Shown here: positions 48,069 to 57,486 of the stretch, piece after piece
Position numbering within the stretch: the first letter of the stretch is position 1
How the letters are laid out: every line of letters begins with the position of its first letter
Source: an uncultured Candidatus Saccharibacteria bacterium
GTDB taxonomy: Bacteria > Patescibacteriota > Minisyncoccia > UBA6257 > 2-01-FULL-56-20
DNA: 64,000 bases
Direction of reading: 5' to 3'
Assembly (NCBI GenBank): GCA_964484655.1
Contig: CAZAFA010000003.1
Span: 28,147-92,146 of the forward strand
Position numbers and translations under genes: made by a program
The notes under the pieces: generated by a model
Databases searched by the model: none
The model's input: the letters and a program-made list of their open reading frames with translations, nothing else
Told to the model about the DNA's origin: nothing

Positions 48069-48408
48069 GGTCAATGAAAGAAAGCTGGTTCATGCGGCGC
48101 GCGTTCAGGAAGTTCTTGGGGAGCATGCGGCGGACGGCCTCGCGGATGACCTTCTCCGGGCTCTTGGCGAAGGCCTCGGCATACGTGCGCTCCTTGAGGT
48201 GGCCCATGTAGCCGGTGTGGCGGTAGTAGACCTTCGTCTCTTCCTTGGTGCCGCCGATCTCGATCTTGGACGGGTTCTCGATCACGACCGTGTCCTCGGT
48301 GACGCGGTTCGGCTGGTAGTCCGGGCGATGCTTGCCCTGCAGGATCTTAGCGGCTTCCGTCGCGAGACGGCCGAGGCGCTTCCCTGATGCGTCGATGCGG
48401 TACTCCAT
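48061..48408 (-). CDS. rplM: 50S ribosomal protein uL13 (short)
   Basis: IDASGKRLGRLA, YYRHTGYMG, AVRRMLPKN. Confidence 0.95.
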
Positions 48409-48410
48409 GG

Positions 48411-48764
48411 TTATACGAACTCGATGATGGCACGGGAGGCGCCGTCGCGCTTGCGCGCGCCCATGAGCTTCTGGATGCGGAGGTAGCCCCCCGGACGCTC
48501 CTTGTAGCGGGGCGCGATGTCCTCGACGAGGCGGCGCGCCGTCTCGGCGTTGGCGAGACGTGAGATCACCTCGCGGCGGCTGGCGAGATCCCCGCGGCGG
48601 GCGATGCTCACGAGGCGCTCGACCATGGGACGGATGGCCTTAGCGCGCGTCTCCGTGGTCTCGATGCGGCCCGAGCGGATCAGGTTGCTCGCGAGGCCGC
48701 GCATGAAAGCCACGCGCTGACCCTTCAGGCGATGGAACTTGCGGCCGACGCGGCGATGCTGCAT
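48411..48764 (-). CDS. rplQ: 50S ribosomal protein bL17
   Basis: IETTETRAK, RPGGYLRI, RDGA. Confidence 0.95.
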   Translation of the reverse strand: MQHRRVGRKFHRLKGQRVAFMRGLASNLIRSGRIETTETRAKAIRPMVERLVSIARRGDLASRREVISRLANAETARRLVEDIAPRYKERPGGYLRIQKLMGARKRDGASRAIIEFV

Positions 48765-48794
48765 GGGATGCGGTTACGTGATTGCCGGGGTACC

Positions 48795-49499
48795 TTACTC
48801 GGTATCTGCGGACTTGGCCAGGATGCGCTCGAAGTGCTCCCGGAGGACCTTGGCGGCATGCTCGACGGCTGCCGACGGGGCGACCGTGCCGTCCGTCTCG
48901 ACGTCGAGCTTCACGCGGTTGAAGTCCGTCCGTTTGCCGACGCGCATGTCCTCGACGGACACGTTCGCCGAGACGACCGGGGAGAAGATGCCGTCCACGC
49001 CGATGGCGCCGATCGGGAGCTTCTCCTGGTGATGCACCTCGCTCGGGACGTAGCCCATGCCGCGCTCGACCGTGATCTCGACGTTGAGGTCGGCCGACTT
49101 CGCGGTCAGGTGCCCGAGGACGAGGTCGGGGTTCGCGAGCGTGACGTCGCTGGTGAGCTTGATGTCGGCGCCGGTGATCGGGCCCTCACCCTTCTTGTGC
49201 AGGACGAGCACGACCGGCTCCTGGCTGTGCGAGGCGAAGCGGAGCTTCTTGAAGTTGAGCGAGAACTCCACGAGGTCCTCCTTGAGGCCAGGGAAGGTCG
49301 AGAACTCGTGGTTCGCGTTCTTCACCTTGATCATGGTGACGGCAGCGCCCGGGAGCGAGGTCAGGAGCACGCGGCGCAGCGCCGTGCCGATGGTGAGGCC
49401 GTAGCCAGCCTCGAGACCCTCAATGGCGAAGGAGCCGCGGGAGGCGTCCTCGGAAAGGGTCTTGAGTACGACGTGGTCGCTGAGGTGTGAGGTATCCAT
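48795..49499 (-). CDS. rpoA: RNA polymerase alpha subunit, NTD only (234 aa)
   Basis: GYGLTIGTALRRVLLTSLPG, HEFST, DGIFSPV, RVGKRTDF; stop right after the dimerisation helix. Confidence 0.95.
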   Translation of the reverse strand: MDTSHLSDHVVLKTLSEDASRGSFAIEGLEAGYGLTIGTALRRVLLTSLPGAAVTMIKVKNANHEFSTFPGLKEDLVEFSLNFKKLRFASHSQEPVVLVLHKKGEGPITGADIKLTSDVTLANPDLVLGHLTAKSADLNVEITVERGMGYVPSEVHHQEKLPIGAIGVDGIFSPVVSANVSVEDMRVGKRTDFNRVKLDVETDGTVAPSAAVEHAAKVLREHFERILAKSADTE

Positions 49500-49518
49500 G
49501 GGAATAAGTATAGAGGGA

Positions 49519-50136
49519 CTACTTGGAGAATGATTCGACGACGAGCGGGATCTGGAACGTGACCTCGATGTCGCTCGGGAGCGCCGTGACCTGCGCAGCC
49601 AGGTCGCCCGCCTTAACCTGGAGCCAGTACGGGGACTCGTGCTTCTCGAGCGAGCCCTTGAGCTCGCGGAACGCGGCGCGCTCGCGCGAGTTCGGGTAGA
49701 CCGCGATGACGTCGCCGACCTTCACGACGAAGTTCGGGGACTTGGTGCGCACGCCGTTGACGGCGATATGACCGTCGAGCACGTACTTGCGCGCGACCGA
49801 GCGTCCCGGCGCGATGCCGGCGCGGTAGACGGCGTTGTCGAGCCGACGCTCGAGGAGCTCCACCAGCTTGCGGCTGACGTCTCCCTTCGCCTTGCTCGCG
49901 AGCTTCATGACCGAGCGGAGGCCGCCTTCGTCGATGCGGTACGTGAGCTTCACCTTCTGCTTCTCTTGGAGCTGGAGGCCGAAGTCGGACACGTTCCGGC
50001 GGCGGCGGCTGTTGCCGTGCTGGCCGGGCTTGTACGGGCGCCGATGGAGCGCCGACTTCGGGCCGATGGAGCGCTCCGCCTTGAGCTGCAGCGATTCGCC
50101 GAGCGCGCGTTCCTTCCTTTGCTTGGGTCCCATCAT
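49519..50136 (-). CDS. rpsD: 30S ribosomal protein uS4
   Basis: PGQHG, QLQEKQKVK, LERRLDNAVYR. Confidence 0.96.
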   Translation of the reverse strand: MMGPKQRKERALGESLQLKAERSIGPKSALHRRPYKPGQHGNSRRRRNVSDFGLQLQEKQKVKLTYRIDEGGLRSVMKLASKAKGDVSRKLVELLERRLDNAVYRAGIAPGRSVARKYVLDGHIAVNGVRTKSPNFVVKVGDVIAVYPNSRERAAFRELKGSLEKHESPYWLQVKAGDLAAQVTALPSDIEVTFQIPLVVESFSK

Positions 50137-50148
50137 GTCTTTGGTGTG

Positions 50149-50565
50149 TTATACGCGGCGGACTTTCTTCGGCTTCGGACCGTTGTGCGGGACCGGCGTG
50201 ACGTCCTTGAATGAGGCGATGTTGAAGCCCTGCGCGACGAACGAGCGCATGGCGGAATCGCGTCCTCCCCCGCTTCCCTTCACGAGGATCTCGAGGTCGG
50301 TGATCTTCTTCTGCTTCAGCTTCTCGGTGAGGGTCGCCACGATCTTCGACGAGGCGAATGGGGTCGCCTTCTTCGGGCCGCTGAACCCGAGGCTGCCCGC
50401 GGTCGCCCAGGCGATCACCCCGCCCTTGAGGTCCGTGACGGTCACCACCGTGTTGTTGTACGAGGCGTTGATATAGACACGCGCCGAGCCGCCCTTCTTC
50501 GGGACGCGGACCGGAGCGGCCTGCTCCTGGTTCTCGGCGACGGGGGTGGTGATCTCTTCTGCCAT
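50149..50565 (-). CDS. rpsK: 30S ribosomal protein uS11
   Basis: ASYNNTVVTVTD, DVTPVPHNG. Confidence 0.96.
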   Translation of the reverse strand: MAEEITTPVAENQEQAAPVRVPKKGGSARVYINASYNNTVVTVTDLKGGVIAWATAGSLGFSGPKKATPFASSKIVATLTEKLKQKKITDLEILVKGSGGGRDSAMRSFVAQGFNIASFKDVTPVPHNGPKPKKVRRV

Positions 50566-50569
50566 GGGA

Positions 50570-50950
50570 TTACTTCAGTGCGACCTTCCGCTTGCCGCTG
50601 CCTGCGGTCTTGCGGACGTTGCCGCGGACGGTACGGGAGTTGGTCTTGGTGCGCTGGCCGCGCGTCGGGAGGCGGCGGGAATGCCTGCTGCCACGATAGG
50701 TGCCCAGGTCCTTGAGGCGCTGGACGTTCGTCTTCACGTACTGGCGGAGCTCGCCCTCCACGCGCACGTTCTCGAGGCTGTTCTGGATCTTCGTGATCTC
50801 GTCGGTGGTCAGGTCCGCGGCCCGCTTCTTCGGGTCGATCTTGGTCGATTCCACGATGCGCGTCGCCGTCACCGGACCGATGCCGTACACGTACGTCAGC
50901 GCGATGGTGACGCGCTTGTTGTCCGGGATGTTGACGCCGAGGAGACGCAT
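50570..50950 (-). CDS. rpsM: 30S ribosomal protein uS13
   Basis: ALTYVYGIG, LPTRGQRTKTNSRT. Confidence 0.97.
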   Translation of the reverse strand: MRLLGVNIPDNKRVTIALTYVYGIGPVTATRIVESTKIDPKKRAADLTTDEITKIQNSLENVRVEGELRQYVKTNVQRLKDLGTYRGSRHSRRLPTRGQRTKTNSRTVRGNVRKTAGSGKRKVALK

Positions 50951-50971
50951 GGGTGTGTAGTGAGGTGTTGG

Positions 50972-51088
50972 CTAGCCCTGACGCTGCTTATGCTTGGGGT
51001 TCTTCTTGCAGATGACGAAAAGGACGCCCTCGCGCTTAACCACCTGGCAGGCGTTGCACATCGTCTTAATGGAGCTGCGTACCTTCAT
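50972..51088 (-). CDS. rpmJ: 50S ribosomal protein bL36 (below ORF-track cutoff)
   Basis: Manual translation [38 protein letters not shown]. Confidence 0.95.
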   Translation of the reverse strand: MKVRSSIKTMCNACQVVKREGVLFVICKKNPKHKQRQG

Positions 51089-51103
51089 GGATGGTCAGGG
51101 GGG

Positions 51104-51337
51104 TCAGTGACGCCGCACGATGCGGCCGCGCTTACGGTCCGGCGCCAAGACCACGGCGACGCGGTCTCCGGCCAGAACCCGGATACGGTTGATCTTCATC
51201 CTTCCGGCGATCTTGGCGATCACGGGATGCTGGATGCCGGGAATCTCAATGAGGAACTCGAGGCCCGGCAGCGCCTCCTTCACGATACCGTCCACCGCTT
51301 CTGCGGGGACATTGATCGCGAGTCGGGGACGAGGCAT
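51104..51337 (-). CDS. infA: Translation initiation factor IF-1
   Basis: GIVKEALPG, IAGRMKINRIRVLAGDRV...RGRIVRR; promoter TTGACG-17-TACTCT upstream. Confidence 0.9.
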   Translation of the reverse strand: MPRPRLAINVPAEAVDGIVKEALPGLEFLIEIPGIQHPVIAKIAGRMKINRIRVLAGDRVAVVLAPDRKRGRIVRRH

Positions 51338-51387
51338 ATAGGGCGTAAGCGGGGTGAGAGTACCGTGGACGTTCGGATGCGTCAACT

Positions 51388-53076
51388 CTACTTGATCTCC
51401 AGGCGTACCTTCGCGGGGTCGGCCGGCAGCGTGAAGCGCCAGAAGGGCCTGACCGACACCGAGCCCTCCTTGAACTGCTCCTGCGAGCGTAGCCATTCGG
51501 CCGCCTCGCCGCGGCTCTTGCCCGCCACCTCCGCGCGGATGCTTTCCTCGGTCGCCTGGCCGATCACGCTCCCCCGGACGGTCACCTTGAAGGTGAGGCG
51601 GCCGTTGGCGAGATCCGGCTGCACGTCGCTGTAACCGACCTCGTAGCTGCGGAACGTCGCTGGGTAGTTGATGCCCTTCTCGGACGTGGCGCGCTTGAGA
51701 AGGAGGGCCTTGAGGTCGTCCTCCTTGAAGGCGAGGCCGCGGAGCGTCGCCTGGCCGACGACATTGAAGTTGCCTGACGCGTCCACCTCCTTGTTGACCG
51801 TCAGCTGACGCTGCTCGATCTGGATCGCACCCTCGATGAGCGCGAGCGCCTCCGGCTTCGAGGAGAGCAGCTTCGTCTTGAACGTGCCGATGAGGATGTC
51901 GTTGATCTTCGCGAGCGCGCCTTCGGCATCGGCGTCGGTCACGACCCGCTCGCTCGGCGGCGTGGTCGACTGCGCAGGCTTGGCCTCGGGCGCCGCCGGC
52001 TTGCTCAGAACGCCGTAGAAGAGGTTCGCTTTCGGCGAGCCCGCGAGGCCCGGGACCGTCAGCCGCTCGCCGTCGCTGCTTCCCGTGAGGACCGCCTCTG
52101 AATCGGGTGTCACCTCGACCGACGCCGTGCCCGGCGTCAGCTTGTCGCCGTCCTTCTTCGCCGCCGGGATCGCGACGGCCGTCGCGGCGCGGAATACGCC
52201 CGCCTTGCCCTGGAAGCGGGTCCGTACCACGAACGTCTCCGCCTCGAGGCTCTCGTTGTAGACGGTCACCTTCGGACGCGCGCCGGCCGGCACGCTGCTC
52301 GCGCCTGGCTCGCCGGTCGCCGGGAACGGCTGCGCGACATTCAGGGGCGGGCTCGTCTCGAAGAGCTGGCCCGGGATCGAGCCCGTCTCGACGGTCGTCG
52401 TCGTGACCGACGTCGCGGCGACCACGGTGCCCGAATACTCCCAGGGCGTCTCAGCCAGCGTCACCGCTACCGATCCCGAGCGCATGAAACCCTCGCCGAT
52501 GCCAACGACTAGCGCGATGGCGATCAGGGCGGCGGCGATGGCGCGCGGGCGCGAGAGGCGCATGCGGCGCTCCTTGCGCGGCCGGTCCTCGACCGTCACC
52601 GGCTGCGCCTCGTACGAAGGGCGCGCGGCGACCGGCGTCGGCACCGGATGGTCGTGCGGCGGCAGCGGGTTCTCTTCGGCGTCGTCGTCATGCACGATCA
52701 CCGGCTGCAGCTCCGCGCGATGCGGGCGTGGCGCGTGCTCCGCATGCCGCGCGGCGACCGCGGGATGACGCGTCGTGTGCTTGGTCGCCTGCACGCCGTC
52801 GAGCGCCAGATGGCGCTTGTCAGCGCGGAAGAACGGATGCACCGTCTCGAGATGCGCCGCGTGCGCGAGCGAGAGCAGCTCCTCGTCCACCGACTCGATG
52901 GCGACGGCGATGCCGCGCTCGGCGGCCAGGTCGCCGATCTGGGAAAGCTGCTCGCGGTCGGCGAGCGCAGATCCGCGCGGCGCGACCACCGTCAGGGCGC
53001 TCTCATTGAACGCGTTGAGTGCTTCGATGACGCGTTCAGCGGTCTCGTCGCGCGTCAGGATGAGTTTTCGTGCCAT
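51388..53076 (-). CDS. Bitopic membrane protein, baseplate-J-like extracytoplasmic domain
   Basis: N-terminal cytoplasmic domain, Pro/His linker, single TM, then VTVYNES...TRF...VAIPAA...PG...V and C-terminal VRPFWRFTLP. Confidence 0.6.
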   Translation of the reverse strand: MARKLILTRDETAERVIEALNAFNESALTVVAPRGSALADREQLSQIGDLAAERGIAVAIESVDEELLSLAHAAHLETVHPFFRADKRHLALDGVQATKHTTRHPAVAARHAEHAPRPHRAELQPVIVHDDDAEENPLPPHDHPVPTPVAARPSYEAQPVTVEDRPRKERRMRLSRPRAIAAALIAIALVVGIGEGFMRSGSVAVTLAETPWEYSGTVVAATSVTTTTVETGSIPGQLFETSPPLNVAQPFPATGEPGASSVPAGARPKVTVYNESLEAETFVVRTRFQGKAGVFRAATAVAIPAAKKDGDKLTPGTASVEVTPDSEAVLTGSSDGERLTVPGLAGSPKANLFYGVLSKPAAPEAKPAQSTTPPSERVVTDADAEGALAKINDILIGTFKTKLLSSKPEALALIEGAIQIEQRQLTVNKEVDASGNFNVVGQATLRGLAFKEDDLKALLLKRATSEKGINYPATFRSYEVGYSDVQPDLANGRLTFKVTVRGSVIGQATEESIRAEVAGKSRGEAAEWLRSQEQFKEGSVSVRPFWRFTLPADPAKVRLEIK

Positions 53077-53091
53077 GTGCTGGTAAGTTGG

Positions 53092-54219
53092 TTAGATGCC
53101 TTCCGCGGTGCCGAGCCAGGCGATGCGCCTGCGCAGCCACGCGTTCAGGCCGCTATAGCGCTCACTATAATAGAACTCCGCGAACGCGGCCAGGGCGAGC
53201 ACGCTCGCCTCGCCGTCGAACTCGAGCCCGGTGGCGCGCAGCGCGGCCTGCGCATCCAGATCCTCGAGGACGACGCTCCCCTCGGTGGACGGGATGCGGA
53301 TATCGCTCGCGACCGGCAGCGGACCCCTAGCGCGCGCCTTGCGCAGCTCCTCGTCGAGCGCGGCTCGCGGCGCAGCGATCGCCTCGTCGACAGCACGGCG
53401 CACCGACCCGGCAGTCAATCCGGCAACGTGCACCGCGAGCAGGTCGGCGGCAGCCCTGCGCGAGAGGCCCCAGCGCAGCTCGAGTTCGCGCGCGAGGTCG
53501 TTCGGCGACCAGGAAAGCGGACTGCGCGCGATCTCGCGCACCGCGTCGCGGCGCGCATCGGCCGCGAGCACGACCGGATTCCCCTGCGCGAGCAGCACCG
53601 CCGGCGCAACGGCGCTGTGCCCGGCGACCAGCGACCACGCCGGGTCTGCGAAATACGGCGCCGGCGCCGCTTCGCGCGCGCGCTCGAATGTCTCGCGCGC
53701 GACGAAGCGCACGGTCACGTCGAGCTCCACCGGGCTCCCGGTCAGGTCGCTCGGGTCGAGGACCTCGGCGCCGTTGACGCGCACCGAGTCAACGCGGAAC
53801 GAGGCGAGGACCGCGTCTATCGGATCGACGCCGAGCTGAGCGGCGACGCGCGGGCGCTGCTCCGCCCAGAGCGAGACCTGCAGCTTCTTGAGAGCCTCCT
53901 GGAACTCGGCCAGGTGCACCCGCATCAGCGGATGCTCGCGCTCGAAGGACACGGGCAGCGAGAGCGTGACCACGCCGAGCGCCGGACTCGCGACCACCGC
54001 CGGCGGCAGGTAGCGCGCGATGGCGGGGTGCATCGGCCGGAGCCGGTCCCACGGAACGTCCGTTTCCGACTCGAGGAGCTGCAGGCGATGGCCGTCGCGC
54101 GCTATGGCGAACAGGTACGCGTCGGCGGACGGCCCGTTCGGCACGAGCACGAGCGCGCGGTCGCGCCTGTTCGTTGCGAGGCGCGCGTGCCGGATGATGC
54201 TGTGCAGCGTACGTATCAC
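53092..54219 (-). CDS. Highly diverged FtsA-like (actin-fold) protein
   Basis: FEREHP...VDSVRVNGAEVLDP..L.G (SHS2/1C-like) and LARELELRWGLSRRAAADL helix; phosphate motifs not recognisable. Confidence 0.5.
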   Translation of the reverse strand: MIRTLHSIIRHARLATNRRDRALVLVPNGPSADAYLFAIARDGHRLQLLESETDVPWDRLRPMHPAIARYLPPAVVASPALGVVTLSLPVSFEREHPLMRVHLAEFQEALKKLQVSLWAEQRPRVAAQLGVDPIDAVLASFRVDSVRVNGAEVLDPSDLTGSPVELDVTVRFVARETFERAREAAPAPYFADPAWSLVAGHSAVAPAVLLAQGNPVVLAADARRDAVREIARSPLSWSPNDLARELELRWGLSRRAAADLLAVHVAGLTAGSVRRAVDEAIAAPRAALDEELRKARARGPLPVASDIRIPSTEGSVVLEDLDAQAALRATGLEFDGEASVLALAAFAEFYYSERYSGLNAWLRRRIAWLGTAEGI

Positions 54220-54223
54220 GCTA

Positions 54224-55267
54224 TCAGAAGAAGCGGGCGAGGAAGTAGAGCAGCAGGCCGAGGACGCTCGCGATCGCCGAGACGATCCAGAAGCGCATCG
54301 TCACCTGGGTCTCCGGCCATCCGAGCGCCTCGAAGTGGTGGTGCACCGGAGCGGAGCGGAAGACCTTCCGCTTGAACACCTTCTTGCTGAAGACCTGGAT
54401 GATGACCGACAGCGACTCGAAGACGAGGATTATCGCGAACAGCGGCAGGAAGAGCGCCGAGTTGGTCAGCATCGCGATCGTGCCGATGGTGATGCCGATC
54501 GCCATCGATCCCGTATCGCCCATGAAGAACCGCGCGGGATAGATGTTGTACCAGAGGAACGCGAGCAGCGCGCCCACGAGCGCGCCGCCGAATACCGCGA
54601 GGTCGAAGCGGCCGATCGAGAAGGCCACGGCCACGAGCGCGAGGATCGTGAACAGGGAGGTGCCGCCGAGCAGGCCGTCCAGGCCGTCCGTCTCGTTCGC
54701 GGAGAAGGCCGAGGCGATCAGGACGAGCATGAACAGCGGCACGTACCACCAGCCGATCGCGAACGAGCCGAGGAACGGCACCTGGATCACGTCGAAGCCC
54801 AGACGGACGTAGAACCACCATGCGCCGAGCGCGGCGAGCGCGGTGTAGACCAGGATCTTGTGCTTGACCGTCAGTCCCCCGCCCTTGCCCCCGCCCTTGC
54901 GCCGGGCATTGAACCAGTCGTCGAGGAATCCGAGCGTGCCCGCGAGCACGAGCGCCGCGAGCGGCAGGTAGGTCTCGGCGCGCGAGACGAAGTTCAGGTA
55001 CTCGAAGATGCCGTCGAAGACGGTGCCGAACGCCCAGAGGATGAGCGCGATCCCGGTCACGGTCCCCCAGATGATGACGCCGCCGCCGTTGAGCGTTCCC
55101 GCCTTCTTCTGGTGCAGTTGGCTGAACACCGGCGTCTCCTCGCCGGTGCGGATGCTCTTGCCGAAGCCGAGACGCTCGAGGATCTCGAGCCAGAAGGGCG
55201 TCGCGATGAGCGCTACGAGGAACGCGAGCGTCGTGACGGAGATGATGCGGATGCCTTCGGCGATCAC
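54224..55267 (-). CDS. mraY: Phospho-N-acetylmuramoyl-pentapeptide transferase
   Basis: KAGTLNGGG, GFLDD, ANETDGLDGL, FMGDTGS, APVHHHFE; GTGA overlap with upstream gene. Confidence 0.96.
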   Translation of the reverse strand: MIAEGIRIISVTTLAFLVALIATPFWLEILERLGFGKSIRTGEETPVFSQLHQKKAGTLNGGGVIIWGTVTGIALILWAFGTVFDGIFEYLNFVSRAETYLPLAALVLAGTLGFLDDWFNARRKGGGKGGGLTVKHKILVYTALAALGAWWFYVRLGFDVIQVPFLGSFAIGWWYVPLFMLVLIASAFSANETDGLDGLLGGTSLFTILALVAVAFSIGRFDLAVFGGALVGALLAFLWYNIYPARFFMGDTGSMAIGITIGTIAMLTNSALFLPLFAIILVFESLSVIIQVFSKKVFKRKVFRSAPVHHHFEALGWPETQVTMRFWIVSAIASVLGLLLYFLARFF

Positions 55268-56187
55268 GGGTTCTGCTTGAGTGTCTTGAGGAGCCTGCGG
55301 GTATCGCCGAAGCGATCGTCGCTCCCGAGCACGATCAGGGCCTCGATCCGCGGCCCGACCTGGAAGAGGGAGAGGAGGTTGCCTCGCGCCTCGTCCGTGT
55401 AGCCCGTCTTGCCGCCCAGGAAACCCGGGTCGCGGACGAGCTCGTGCGTCGCGTAGGCAGTATACGCCACCCCGGTGCCCTGCGCATGCACGGTGACCGA
55501 CCCGCGCCGGGTCCATTGGAAAACCTCAGGGAACTCGGCATGTATCCGCTGCACGAGCGTCAGGAGCTCGCGCCCCGTGCTCTTGTTGCCGGGCGAGAGG
55601 CCGGACGCGTCCGCGTACGCGGTGCGCTGCAGGCCCCAGGCGCGCGCGGCCGCGTTCATCTCCCCGAGGAAGCGCTCGCGGCCGACGTGCGCGGCGAGGC
55701 TCTCGGCCGCCTCGTTCGAGGACGCGACGAGCATGACGGCGAGGACGTCCCGCATGGCGAACGTCTCGCCTGCGGGCAGGACGGGCCGCGACGGATTCCC
55801 GCCGGGCACCGGGACGATGACGATCGGCTCGTCGGCCGCGATGTCGCGCAGCGCGATCGTCGCGGTCATGAGCTTGGTCAGCGAGGCCATCGGCCACGCA
55901 TCCGTGCTCCTGCGGCTCGCGAGCACCTGGTCGGCGGCGAGGTCGCCGGCCACGAAGATGCGCGCGCCGATGACGTCGGGCGGCGTGCTCGACGCGGTGC
56001 TGGTCGCCGTGCTCGTGGCCGTCGCGACCGTGGAGGTCGCCTCCGGGACCTGCGCCGTGGAGGTCGCCGCGACCGGATCGCCCGGCTGCTCCGCGCGGCG
56101 CGCGGCCGCGCTCATCGTGCCGGCGATCGCGATCACCAGGAGCAGGGCGGCTCCGCCGCCGAAGAGCGCCGCCTGACGCTGCGTCAT
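55264..56187 (-). CDS. D-Ala-D-Ala carboxypeptidase (peptidase S11)
   Basis: ASLTKLMT (SxxK), SSN (SxN), KTG. Confidence 0.9.
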   Translation of the reverse strand: MTQRQAALFGGGAALLLVIAIAGTMSAAARRAEQPGDPVAATSTAQVPEATSTVATATSTATSTASSTPPDVIGARIFVAGDLAADQVLASRRSTDAWPMASLTKLMTATIALRDIAADEPIVIVPVPGGNPSRPVLPAGETFAMRDVLAVMLVASSNEAAESLAAHVGRERFLGEMNAAARAWGLQRTAYADASGLSPGNKSTGRELLTLVQRIHAEFPEVFQWTRRGSVTVHAQGTGVAYTAYATHELVRDPGFLGGKTGYTDEARGNLLSLFQVGPRIEALIVLGSDDRFGDTRRLLKTLKQNP

Positions 56188-56768
56188 GCCCCCGGTGCTT
56201 CCTGCGCCTGCTCGGCCGGAGCCGGCTCGCGCGCGGCGAGGCTGCGCGCGAGGAGCGCGCCGAGCTCCTCGAAGTCCGGGAGGTCCTCCCGCGCCGTGAT
56301 ACCCATCTCGCGGAGCAGCTCCGGCGTGACCTGGTACTGGTGCTCGCCCTTCCCCTGCCGCGTTCGCTCGACGAGCCCGCGCACCATGAGCGTGCGGAGG
56401 CTCAGCGCCGAGCTGACGCCGCGGACGTGATCGATGACGCTGCGCGGCACCGGGCCGAAGTACGCTACCAGCGCGAGCGTCTCCACCGCTGCCGGACCGA
56501 GGTCCTGGCTCATCTCGCCGCGCAGCAGCTCGGCGACCGCCGCCTCGTGCCGCGGATGCGTCACCAGCTGCGCGCTCGCGCCGTGGCGCAGCAGCGCGAG
56601 CCCGCGGGCTGCATCTGACTCCAGGCCGGCCCCGAGCTCGTCGACCGCGGCTTCGACCTCGCCGAACGAGGCGCCCGTGAGCGCCGCGAGCCGCTCGAGC
56701 GGCATCGGCTCGCCGTAGGCGAACAGCAGCGCCTCAACCGCCCCGATCAGATCACGCTGCGCTCCCAT
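56184..56768 (-). CDS. scpB: SMC-Scp complex subunit ScpB
   Basis: VEALLFAYGEP, ETLALVAY, IDHVRGV...L..RGLV. Confidence 0.92.
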   Translation of the reverse strand: MGAQRDLIGAVEALLFAYGEPMPLERLAALTGASFGEVEAAVDELGAGLESDAARGLALLRHGASAQLVTHPRHEAAVAELLRGEMSQDLGPAAVETLALVAYFGPVPRSVIDHVRGVSSALSLRTLMVRGLVERTRQGKGEHQYQVTPELLREMGITAREDLPDFEELGALLARSLAAREPAPAEQAQEAPGA

Positions 56769-57486
56769 GCTCGAGGACTATATCGGAGAAGGCCTCCTCC
56801 TGCACCAGCACGACCTTCTGGTCGCGCGCGAGATGGAGCGCGGCGAGGAACACGACGATGCGGTCCCCCGCGCTGCGTCCCGCGACCAGCTCGGAGAAGC
56901 GCGCCGCGCCGCCGCTCGCGAGACGGTGCACGAGGTCCGAGATCGCCTTCTGCAGCGAGATGACCCGGTGCCGGACCTCCGCGACCTCCTTGGCTACCTG
57001 CGTCGCCAGCTGCAGCACGCGCGCCGCCGTCGCGTGCAAATCGGCAATGGCGAGCCCGTCGGGCGGCGCGAACACGCGCGCCGAGCCGCGCATCCCCTTG
57101 AGGTAGGGCCGCGCCACGAGCGGCCGCCGCTTGGCGTACGCGCGCCGGAACGCGAGGAGCGCCGGCTTCACCGCCTGGTACGCGCGCAGCTGCTCCGCCA
57201 GCAGCTGCGGATCCTCCGCCTCGTCTTCCGCCTCGTCGCCCGGCAGCAGCGAGCGCGACTTGAGCAGCAGGAGGCGCGTCGCGACCGTCAGGAAATCGGC
57301 GATCGCGTGCACCACGGACACCGTCCGCGGCTCCGGCGTACGCGCGAGCTCGTTCACGTAGCGGAGGAAGTCCGCCGTGACGTGCGCGAGGCTCACCTCG
57401 GTGATGTCGAGCTTGTCCCGCTCGACGAGCTCGAGGAGCGCCTCGAGCGGCCCCGAGAAGGTCCCGACCTCGACCTCGTACCTCAT
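56752..57486 (-). CDS. scpA: Segregation and condensation protein ScpA
   Basis: FSGPLEALLELV, LLLKSRSLLP, VVFLAALHL, QEEAFSDI. Confidence 0.92.
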   Translation of the reverse strand: MRYEVEVGTFSGPLEALLELVERDKLDITEVSLAHVTADFLRYVNELARTPEPRTVSVVHAIADFLTVATRLLLLKSRSLLPGDEAEDEAEDPQLLAEQLRAYQAVKPALLAFRRAYAKRRPLVARPYLKGMRGSARVFAPPDGLAIADLHATAARVLQLATQVAKEVAEVRHRVISLQKAISDLVHRLASGGAARFSELVAGRSAGDRIVVFLAALHLARDQKVVLVQEEAFSDIVLEHGSAA

